From positions 324,198,001-324,262,000 of the forward strand of contig OZ024741.1 of NCBI GenBank assembly GCA_964016885.1: 64,000 bases of DNA, in the 5' to 3' direction. The stretch's first letter is position 1; each line of letters starts with the position of its first letter. Source of the stretch: Eledone cirrhosa (Eukaryota). Made by a program: the position numbers and the translations under genes. This document shows positions 52,836-64,000 of the stretch, one piece after another. The notes below the pieces were generated by a model. It did no database searches. It was not told the origin of the DNA and worked only from the letters and a program-made list of their open reading frames with translations.

Positions 52836-55800
52836 TTGTCCTGAAAAGGGCAATTAAAGCAGAGTCGATTATGTTTAGCAAAGGACTAGTGATAGAGGAA
52901 AATAGAATAGAGGGAGATCTAGTCAGAAAGCTAGAAGAGGCGTTTAGGACAGGCGACGTGCTTGCGGCAAGATTGGCACTCGACCAATTCTTCAACGCAA
53001 AATACGAAGGCTGCGTTGTCAGAGCTAGAACGCGTTCTGCGAAACACGAGAGGACAAAAGCCGTCCAATGGGCCCGGGTGGCAGAGGCGCGACGTGGCAA
53101 CAAAGCCACAATTCGGTCTTTATCTGATCAAAACGGGGGCGCGTGTTGCTTGAACCCGAGCAGATGTGTGAAGCCTTTCAGCAGTACTTTGCTGAACTGT
53201 TCGGGAGCAGCGGCGGGCCGGATCGGAGTATGGACTTCAGTGCATACCTCGGCGGACTGCCACGGCTCTCGATGACCGCAGCACAGTGTTGCGAAAAGCC
53301 AATAACAGCCGGTGAAATACGGGAAGCGATGGCTAACTGCACGAGGGGTAAATCGCCAGGTTTGGATGGTCTGCCCTACGAGCTTTATGCATTTATGCTA
53401 GACTTGTTCAGTGACCTCTTGGCAGACGTCTACTGCAACTGACAGCAGAACCGGAGCATTCCCAGGTTTATGAGTGGGGAGCGGTAGTGCTGCTGAAAAA
53501 AGACCCGAACAAAGGGGATGTTATCGAAAACTTCAGGCCCATAACACTGCTAAACGCTGAGTTCAAGATTTTGGCCAAGGTGTTAGCAACGAGGTTGGCG
53601 CTTGTCGTCAAGGGTCTGGTGGGAGAGGCGCAGACATGCGCCATCCCGGACACATCCATACACGACAACCTCCACCTCATGCGATACATCATGCAGAGGG
53701 TGGTTAAGGAATCTGGCACGGGTGGGGCCCTGATCGACTTGGATCAATCCAAAGCATTCGATAGGGGTTTGGATCAATCCAAAGCGTTTTCAGGGGTTGG
53801 ACCGCTGCGATGTATAGCAACATCTGCTCAGTTGTGAGAGTGAACGGTCACCTGTCGCAGCCGTTCAGCATCATGCGCTCGGTCCGCCAGGGTTTTCCCC
53901 TCTCGTCCCTCTTGTACGTATTGGCTCTCGAGCCGTTACTCCACAAACTGGGGGTGATAAGGGGCGTCCCATACGAACTAGGATGCGGGAAATCCGAGTC
54001 AGCTTACGCCGACGACGTCACTGTGATGGTGTCGAGCACGAGACACGTCCAGATGCTCGGTACCGCTCTCAAGGAATACGAAGCGGTGGCAGAAGCAAAG
54101 ATAAACCAGGAAAAGTCGGTGGGCTTGCAGCTCGGCACCTGGAGAGGCAAATCCATGCCGCCCGACAGCGTCGTGGGGCGTTGGACGGACGGACCGGTTA
54201 AATTGCTCGGGCTCTGGTTCGGACCGGACCTCCAGATGGAGAAAAACAGGAGCGAGGTGACGAGCAGGGTGGCCTCCCTCACCCAGAAATTGGCCGAGAG
54301 GAAGCTGTCCCTGAAAGGCCGGGTGGAGGTGGCGAATGCATACATCGCATCCGTCATCTGCTACCGCCTCACCATCGTCCCTTTCCCCGGCCCCACTATC
54401 ACATAAATGGAGCGCCTCCTTTTCCGCCTTTTGTGGAAGGTACACGCTCCCATGGTCAGACGATCCATCTGCTGTCAACACCGGTTGCGTGGAGGACTGG
54501 GTATGCCATGGCTGATGATGCGCAAACATGCGCTGAGGCTGCGACATATCTGGTGCTTCCTTGACGGTGAACAGTTGTGGTCGCCGTTCGCCAGGCACGT
54601 TTTCCCACAGCTCGTCTCCTTGACGGAGCTGCAGTTCTGGGTCAGGAAAAGACCGAGGGATAGCGCTTGGAAACTGGAATGTCTGCAGGTGCTCACTGCC
54701 CTCTGCCAGCTGGGCACCAGTATCGGTGGAACATCTACCTCGGCGTTCTATAGAGGACTAGTGGAGGGAAGAGCGACGACGTTTTCGGAGAGACCCTGGG
54801 CATCGAAGAAAATCCGCTGTTTGCTCTCTTCCAGAGAACTTTCAGCCCAGGAACTTCCAAAAATCCCTGGCCTGGCAGTGCTACCGGGGAGCGCTGCCGG
54901 TTCGAGATAAGCTCTACAGGCACGGAAGTGTCGTCAGCCGAGCCTGTCCGAGATGCGCGCAGAGAGATGAAACCGTCGTGCACGCACTCGTTAAGTGTCC
55001 GAGCATTGCTGACTTGTGGAGCTATGTGGAACAGTTGCTGTCACGTGTAGGACTGATCCGGTTATCGACTGAGTCCATTGTGCAGCTGGTCTCGGCGTCT
55101 TCCTTCGAGGAGGAAGGGCAGGTGGTTTTCATCTGCCTGGTGGCCATGGCGAAAGAGATTTTGTGGTGGACAAGGTTGAAGGGGTTAAAGATAGATACTT
55201 TCCTCTTCGGCGAATCCCTAATTAACTTTTTCAAGTATCACTTGAGGGTGGAGAGGCAAGTGCTGCCTTCTAGCAAGTTTGTTGAAAGGTGGGTGAATGT
55301 AGCGAGAATGGTCCGAGTGAATGGGACCGCTCTGAATATACGCCTGTAGTTTGAGAAATGAAAAATTGAGAGAGGGCGCTTGCCGTGGTTGTCAGGATGG
55401 CCGTGATCTTTTGTGTAGTTTTCGCCACGAGTAACCTTCGGAGGTTTCTCCCTATTGGGGAATTTTTCATTGTTTCAATTTTCATATTTATTGTTTATAT
55501 ATATATATGTTTTTATGTTTTTTTTTCTTTTCTTATATAAATAATTGTTTCTACGTTAGGCACAAGGCCAGCAATTATCCAGTGTATTACTGGTACTTTA
55601 TTTTATCGACCCCGTAAGGATGAAAGGCAAAGTTAACCTCGGCCGGATTTGAACTCAGAATGGCAAGGGCCGTAACTCTATGCGTCAAAGCATGGTGACC
55701 GACCCTCTACCGATACTGCCAATCCACCGGCTTTTCTTATATAAATAATAAAAATCTTTACACACACAAAACCCACATCGAACCGTCCTGTGCCGTCTGT

Positions 55801-55842
55801 AATGTTTTTCTTGATGTCATCCCTTGTGGCCAATAAAGAAAA
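52836..55842 (+). mobile_element. Tx1 copy 7 (ATT lineage), 5'-truncated
   Basis: RT fragments 53487-54406 and C-terminus to 55349. Ends CCCTTGTGGCCAATAAAGAAAAC then ATTATTATT. Confidence 0.92.
55546..55730 (-). mobile_element. Full-length SINE inserted in Tx1 3' UTR with 19-bp TSD
   Basis: TSD CTTTTCTTATATAAATAAT at 55527-55545 and 55731-55749. Confidence 0.92.
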
Positions 55843-55852
55843 CATTATTATT

Positions 55853-56932
55853 CCTCGACGGTGATCAGTTGTGGTCGTCGTTTGCTGAGGAAAGACGCGT
55901 TTGCTAGACGCGTCTTTCCTCAGCTCGTCTCCTTGACGGAGCTGCAGTCCTGGGTCAAGCTAAGACCGAGAGGGAGCGCTTGGAGACTGGAATGTCTTCA
56001 GGCGCTCACAGCCCTCGACCAATCGGGCAATGTGATCGGTGGAAACTCCACCTCGGCGTTTTATAGATGATTAGTTGAGGGGAAGAGCGACGACGTACTT
56101 GGGGAAACTCTACGCGTCGACGAAAATCAACTAGCCAATCTCTTCGGAAGAACTTTCGGGCCGGGGCCTATGGACAACTTCCAGAAATCCCTTGCCTGGC
56201 AGTGCTACCGAGGAGCTTTGCCAGTTCGGGATAAACTCTACAGGCATGGAGGTGCCGTCAGCTGGGCATGTCCGAGATGCGCGCAGAGCGACGAAACTGT
56301 CCTGCACGCACTCATCCAATGTCCGAGCATTGCTGACTTGTGGGTTTATGTCAAACACCTGCTGTCGCGTGTAGGACGGATGCGGCTATCAGCTGAGTCC
56401 ATCGTGAGGATTGCCCCGCCCTCTTCCTTTAGCCGGGAAGGGCAGTCAGTTTTTATCTGTCTGGTGGCCATGGCGAAAGTGATAGTATGATGGACACGTT
56501 TGAAAGGGCTGAAGACGAGCACTTACCTCTTCGGTGATGCCCTGATTAACTTTTTCAAATTTCATTTGAAAAGGAAAATCAGGGTAGAGAGGGAAGTGCT
56601 CTCTTCCCAGCATTTTGTTGAAAGATGGGTGAGAGAAGCAAGTATGGCCCGAGTGAATGGGCCTACTCTGAGTATGTGTCTGTAAATTAAAGGTAGAAAA
56701 CTGGGAGAAGGCACTTACCCTGGTGGTCAGGGTCACTGTGGCCTTTTAATGGGCTTTCTCCACAAATGTCCCTCGGAAGTCTCCCCCCTATTGGGGAATT
56801 TTTCATTGTTATTTTTTGTTACATCCTGTTTTTGGTTTTTTTACACGCAGAAATGCCCATTTGTACCATCCTGTATTGTCCTGTACTGTCCTTAATGTCT
56901 ACTTTATGTAAACCCTTGTGGTTAATAAAGAT
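55853..56932 (+). mobile_element. Tx1 copy 8 (ATT lineage), 3' ~1.1 kb
   Basis: MDNFQKSLAWQCYRGALPVRDKL...CPRC..ETVLH...C. Ends CCCTTGTGGTTAATAAAGAT then (ATT)n. Confidence 0.9.
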
Positions 56933-56944
56933 AGCATTAATATT

Positions 56945-56975
<31 letters not shown>

Positions 56976-57673
56976 TTATTATCATCATCATCATCGTAAT
57001 CATCATTACCATAACAATCAGTAGTAGCAGTAGCAGTAGTAGTGGTACTAGTAGTGATGGCCATAAGAGTAGTAATGTTTACATGGTAAACTTTCGCTTG
57101 TCATATCTTCTCGTTGTCTTTTGCTCTTCAATTCCTGTAAACGAACCACATTCCGATCTAGATGGAAAAACTGGAGATGTTGGTATGTATGTATGTGTAT
57201 GTATGTGTGTGTGTGTTTGCGTATTCCTGTGTGTATGTGTGAGAGAGAGCGCCGATATGGTAGAAAAGCATTATCTCAAATCAGATTTTTTATCCCTATT
57301 TGATCGACTGATAACATGTTCAGTTGTTCTATTCAATTCAAATATTGGACAATCTTTTCTTCGCTTCCTTACTCATATGCAAATATATAACTACAAAATC
57401 CCATATGTATACATACATATATATATATATATATATAGTAATAATAATAAATTTGACGACTAAAATCCAAAGAGGGCTCGATAAGGATAAATATATATCA
57501 AATATATAAGAACCGTGGAGCAAATACTTATTAAAATAACAGATTAAAGTTTAAGCAAAGAATCGCTGCTTTCACACTTAACGGGATCTTCTGAAACTAA
57601 CCAATTAGTTTCAGAAGATCCCGTTAAGGGTGAAAGCAGCGATTCTTTGCTTAAACTTTAATCTGTTATTTTA

Positions 57674-57721
<48 letters not shown>

Positions 57722-57724
57722 AAG

Positions 57725-57935
57725 GATCGATCGACTTTCCTCAAATCGTACCGAAAAAACAATATTTTCATCGGTCTTTCCAGTTGCTAGTATGATCTAT
57801 CGGTCGCAACTTCAGGTAGTAGGGGCAACGAGAGCTAACGTGTCTTGCCCAAGGACATACCGTATCGCCCGGTCCAGGAATCGAACTCACAACCTCAAGA
57901 TTGTGAATCCAATTCTCTAACCACACAGCCACATG
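57725..57935 (-). mobile_element. tRNA-derived SINE of a second family (CORE-like)
   Basis: Reverse complement reads TGGCTGTGTGGTTAG (A box), GAGTTCGATTCC (B box), TGTCCTTGGGCAAGACAC (CORE-like). Confidence 0.72.
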
Positions 57936-58410
57936 ACAGTATATATATATATATACATATATACATATATATATATATGTAGATAAATCTACCAAAATAT
58001 ACGGTAGTGTCCAATCCGTATGAAGAACTCAATGTAATCCAAATACCAGGAAAAGAGAAGATGCATTCAAAAATTTTCGATGAATATCATAAGAAAACAG
58101 AGTCAAGATAAATTAATAAAAACAATGAAATAAAAACAAAGAACAAGTTTCTTATATTAAAAGATTCATCATTATACGATCGTTTCTAGGATGTATATGT
58201 GTGTTGGTATGTATATCATATAGATCTATGTAAAAATATTACAAATTATCAGAGGAAATATACATACCTTCACATATACATGCTGTCTTCAGAAATATAC
58301 ATAGATATTATTTCCTATTATGCTGCACTTCAGAGGAGATGTGTGTGTGTGTGTGTATTCATCTCCTCTGAAGTGCAGCATAATAGGAAATAATATGTAT
58401 GTATATATAT

Positions 58411-61400
58411 AATAATAATAATACTATTTATAGTTATGTATATAGTATAAACAACTATAAACAGGAAGGTCAGTAATTTCTTATTACCTTATTACCAGTA
58501 AGAGAAATAACTCAATGTATGAACATCAGTTGTTTTACAGAGCAGGAAAATAAATAAATTATACAATTATCAAAGTTGTGTTCAAATCATTTAATAGCTG
58601 ACAATCGTTTCTTCCAAACTCTCGTTTGGATTCATCGGAGCATTATCAATGTTTGTACATATAATTAACCTCCTATTCAACTGAACAATAATATAGATAC
58701 ATATAAATTGATGTTGTGAGCACCAGTTTCGTATTTACAGGGTGGAATGGATGTGACATATTTTACGAGAATTGTACAATAATTGTACCAGCATTCAAGT
58801 TCAAATTCAAATTCAAATTCAAATTAAATTAAAATCAAAAGCACGGAGTGGAATACATGCAACAGATAAAACAAGGGAATAGTCCAATTATTAAAGAGGC
58901 ATTGAGGAAGTAGTTTTAAGAAAGGAAGAGTGCATTAACAATTCATATGCAGGCGTGTGGATAGTGCAACTGCGTAAGTCATATACATGAGAAGGAGACA
59001 AGCAAAGCTATTATGTATATATAGATGAATAAATACTGCACTTTAAGCAAATATGTTAATGTATTAGAATCTCTGGTGGATGTTGAATGTTGATAGTGTC
59101 CGAATTAATGTGTGTTGAGAGACACAGTTTTTGCAGACTTTTCCATGACATATGTTGAATTAAATTTTAGTTAATGTTTATATTGAATGTTTTAAGTTAG
59201 TTAGAGCAATGGATTGTAAATTAGTCTTAATGAATTCATATTCATAGACTATATTTGATCAAACGTTAAATTTTCAATCGTTAATTTCCGGAAGTGAATA
59301 AGGGGAGCTAATGCGTAAGGGGAGGTATCTAGTTAATTAAGTTCAATTCAGTTATTAAAATTCTTTGTTCTAATACACAATATAATGTGATACCATTGGA
59401 TCTCTGTTACATAACGTTGTATATTTATACCTGATTTTAAATACAGTGTATTTTACTATCATACATTAAAGGTCTCTTTAGATTATTATCTATACATTAC
59501 TGGACAAGGTATATGTTATGAAGGATTATATAGCTGTTAATATGTCATAATAGATATGCTATATGTGTAATAATATAATCCCTAATATACAATGTTATTA
59601 CATTTTATATTTAATTATAAATGTATATATACTTTATTATTATTATGTTGTGTAATTTAAGCATTTAATTATACAATTATAAATACATATATAGGAGCTG
59701 GCTAGATTGTGCTTTTATAAAGAGTGGAGGCGAGAGTTGTATCTTGTCTTGAAGTTGTTCGAAGTAGAACCTATATATGTTTTAGAAGAGTTGTTTGCTT
59801 TGACGGTGCATGTGGCATGAGTAGATGATGTATTTTGTTAAGCAATTATTACCTAAGGGGCAAGTTCTATTAGTTCTACAGTTACATTTATTCTGGGTGT
59901 TAGCTTGCCGGTTCCTATGTTGTGAAGAGTTCTGGGTGCTAGGGATAGCACTAGGGTAATGATGTCTATTATTCGTATTGTTATTGATTTCATTAGTGCT
60001 ATTATCATTATTACTATTATTACTACTATTGTTTACAGGTACTAAGTTTACCTCCTGTTGTGTTTTAATTAGTTGGAAATAGTTATTAATCTTCATATTA
60101 TTACTACTAGCTATATGGTATGCTATGTTAGGTGTGGTCGAGCACGATATTTTAATTGTATTTTTATTGATAAGCCTTGTGGCCGGTCGGGAAATTTGTT
60201 TCTATGATTGAGAAGAAATCCTTAGGCAAGTTGGTAGAGACGTTTAGATTGAAAGGGGGATTGAAGAATGTATTAGTTCTCCTTCTATTTTTGTTTATAG
60301 TAATGTTTTTTTAGGTATTTATATCCCTGTTTATATTATTATCGTGGTGTTTACTCTGGTGCGAGTTAAGTTTGGTATTAATCTTCGTCTTAGAGTTATA
60401 GTGGCTAGTGTTTTTACTATTTTTCCTCATGGCCATATTGTAAGAAATAATGTTGTAACTATGTGATTTTATAGGTAGGAATTCAATCTCATTCTTATGT
60501 CCTGATTTAGTTAAGGCCTCATTATAGTATTGTGAATTATTGTTAAATATAGTTTCATTTTATGATAGATTAAACATTCTATTAGATATACCTTTGGTAA
60601 TAGAGTTTAATATGGATTTAGGGTGGTTAGAGTTGGTGTTCACATAAATTAGTTTATCGTTAGGTTTATGATAGGGTGTGTATATTCTAGAGTCTAGGCT
60701 AAGGGTAGCATCAAGGAAGTTGACGTTTTTAGTGTTTTTATCTAAGGTGATACTTAAGTCGAAGTTTTTGAAAATTTTGTGTAACTGTTTCCTAGTTTTT
60801 TCTATATTGAATTTTTTATAGTCTATAAGAAGAAGCGCATCATCGCGGTATAAACCACCGTTGAGGTAGGGTAGGCTCTTATGGATTTCATTAAGTAGGT
60901 ATAGGCCCACCAAATCGGTGACCTGCGCCGAGTCACTAGATCCCATGGTTATGTCGAAGTTGTTATGCGTATCATTGCGGATCCATAATTGTTCTTCAAA
61001 TGTAATTTTTGTTTTTCGGGCCGCAAGTATGACATCAATTTGGGATCTAGTCAGGTCACTATTGTTCATGACCATAATTATAGCCTTATTTAATAGGATA
61101 GGGGAAATAGAGGTGTAGTATGAATTGATATCAAATTGTATATCTTTTTTATTTTTACACTCTTTAATACCCTTGAACCATTCAATAACCTCACCCGTAT
61201 TTCCCCATTGGTGAAGGTATATTTTGTGCGTAAATTGTGGGATGATTTTATCTAATATTTTCTTGCTGATAATACCAATGTCAGACTTGGAAGGGCAAAT
61301 CAGTCTAGAAGAGTTACTAATGAAGTATTTTTATGGTTCTTCAGAGGGAATCTTGGGGAATCAGGGGTGTATGGCTGTGTATGTTTCTGAAGTCCTAATT

Positions 61401-62449
61401 TACTCACTATATTACGGCCTTCAATATTTATATCTTCTAGGTTTTTAGTAGTAGTTTTCTTGTAGCTCCTATGCAGTTTCTTATATATAAATGTTCTATA
61501 AGTATTGTAATCTAAACTATATATATTATTAGTTTTATCTGCATGTACTAGGAATTTTTTTTTTTATTAAATCCTTTAATAGTGGAGTTAAGGTAGTATG
61601 AGAAGGTGCTGTTTCTATTATGATGTTTTTTGTATTTTATGTTCTTAACTAGTTTAATTAGATCATTTTCAAAGGAGTTTAATAATGTGTTGTAAGGAGG
61701 GCTTTTAAATGTTTTAAAGCTGTAATTGTCGAAGTTATTCGTATCCCTGTTTTTGGCTGAACGTTTTCTTTCGTAATGGAATGTCCTCCATCTCACTCTA
61801 TTGATAAAAGAGTTGACACTATTGATCAATAATTTTTCATATGTATCTTTAGGTGGTATTTGTATGTTCTTAGTGGACATAGAAAGGTGATCTTTGATAT
61901 GCATAGTGGTAATTGAATGTATGTTAGCTCAACTGTATGGAGCAGTAAATAATAATAATACTATTTATAGTTATGTATATAGTATAAACAACTATAAACA
62001 GGAAGGTCAGTGATTTCTTATTACCTTATTACAAGTAAGAGAAATAGTTCAATGTATGAACATCAGTTGTGTTACAGAGCAGGAAAAAACATAAATTATT
62101 CAATTATCAAAGTTGTGTTCAAATCATTTAAAAGCTGACAATCGTTTCTTCCAAACTTTCGTTTGGGATCATCGGAACATTATCAATGTTTGCATATATA
62201 ATTAACCTCCTATTCAACTGAACAACAATTCTCGTAAAATATATCTCACATCCATTCGACCCTGTAAATACGAAACTGTTGCTCACAACATCAATTTATA
62301 TGTATCTATAATATTGTTCAGTTGAATAGGAGGCTAATTATATGTGCAAACATTGATAATGCGCCGATCACTCTAAACGAGAGTTTGGAAGAAACGATTG
62401 TCAGCTATTAAATGATTTGAACACAACTTTGATAATTGCATAATTTATT

Positions 62450-62450
<1 letters not shown>
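58411..62450 (-). mobile_element. Penelope-like element, near full length, with direct and inverted pseudo-LTRs
   Basis: RT (DINSYY, TMGSSDSAQVTDLVG, GLYRDD, VNFLD; 60560-61075), CNC..CPL...C motif and decayed GIY-YIG. 58411-58690 repeated at 61951-62228 and inverted at ~62260-62450. Confidence 0.9.
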
Positions 62451-62484
<34 letters not shown>

Positions 62485-62487
<3 letters not shown>

Positions 62488-63259
62488 TATGTATACGTAC
62501 ATACATATATGTATACATACGTACAGTAGTATGTATATATATATATACATACATGCACACATATATATATGTACGTATGGATTCACCGAACATTTATTAT
62601 AATGCTCGGTGTGTTTGTAAACAAACATCCCGAATTAAACCGTACAGTGTCTAGCAACCATCGTTGCTCATTTGTTCAACACTGACAAAGGAACTCTGTA
62701 CTAGTTTCTAGCTTATTAGCTATTGTCAGCAACGTATACCTTCCTGCCAGATGGTTGAACGTCTGAAGTATATACTTTCCTTATGCATATTAACGGCTGA
62801 GCAGCCTAATTTGCATAGCCAGTGAGTTAATCGGCCGGGGTACCGAAAACGATAAACGGAAAAAATGAAACGAAATTTCATTCCTCACTCTTAGTACGGC
62901 TGTTACTTAAATATAAGTATGTATACGTTCAACCATCTGGCAAGAAGGTATACGTTGCTGACTATAGCTAATAAGCTTGAAACTAGTACAGCGTTCCTTT
63001 TCAGTGTTGAACAAATGAACAACGATGGTTGCTAGACACTGTACGGCTTAATTCGGGATGTTTGTTTACAAACACACCGAGCATTATAATAAATGTTCGG
63101 TGAATCCATACGTACATATATATATGTGTGCATGTATGTATATATATATACATACTACTGTACGTCTGTATACATATATTTATGTACGTATACATACTTA
63201 TATTTAAGTAACAGCCGTACTAAGAGTGAGAAATGAAATTTCGTTTCATTTTTTCCGTT

Positions 63260-63308
<49 letters not shown>

Positions 63309-63498
63309 TAGTACGGCTGTTACTTAAATATAAGTATGTATACGTACATACATATATGTATACAGACGTACAGTAGTATGTATATATATATATATACATA
63401 CATGCACACATATATATATATGTATGTATGGATTCACCGAACATTTATTATAATGCTCGGTGTGCTTGTAAACAAACATCCCGAATTAAGCCGTACAG
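62485..63498. mobile_element. Non-coding 430-bp circularly permuted unit with inverted copy and hammerhead-like motif
   Basis: AAGTATGTATACGT recurs at 62485 and 62915. 62925-63262 is the reverse complement of the unit and 63307-63498 a third partial copy. Confidence 0.75.
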
Positions 63499-63505
63499 TT
63501 ATATA

Positions 63506-63634
<129 letters not shown>

Positions 63635-64000
63635 ATAGGGAGAAAAAGACGATTATTAGGAGGACAAATATATTTTTTTCCTTTTATTTTTCTCTCTTTT
63701 TTCTGGGTTAGAAAATGTTTAAAAGAAAATATTTTACTTTGTGTGAAGTGTTAAGGTATTAGTTAATTTATCTATTAACAATGGCATTTATTTATTTATT
63801 TAAATATTTAATAATTGTCTATTAATCGTTTCAGCATTTTATGCATTATGAAAGAGGTGAATTTGTATTGGTATACAATGTTGGAGAGAAAATAATGCAA
63901 TGTTGAACATGTTAAGGAAATGGGAAAGAAAGAATAATATTATTTACAAACACGGTTTTTGAAGTAAAAAGAAAAAAGAAAAAAAGGGGGTGATGTGGAA

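Overview
Repeat-saturated animal genomic DNA. The SINE family and microsatellite content suggest an octopus/cephalopod, which is inference. The only host-gene sequence I can support is two phase-1 exons (37846-37977, 48100-48357, + strand) of an SLC6 Na+/Cl- neurotransmitter/amino-acid transporter, plus a tRNA-Gly(TCC) gene and a decayed copy. The rest is mostly retroelement: eight large Tx1-clade LINE copies in two lineages, one embedded in (ATCT)n and one in (ATT)n; three R4/Dong-like fragments in (TAA)n; an RTE fragment; at least four Penelope-like elements; about ten copies of a Nin-domain tRNA-SINE; and a pogo remnant. Main leads: (1) microsatellite-specific Tx1 lineages whose 3' terminus is shared with the dominant SINE; (2) a 5' splice-site consensus at the ORF1/ORF2 boundary of all four informative Tx1 copies, hairpin-masked in one lineage; (3) about ten hammerhead-ribozyme-like motifs, including non-coding circularly permuted units resembling retrozymes; (4) a 2A StopGo peptide fused to a PHD finger. 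Element boundaries were read by eye and are approximate, and no database searches were run.
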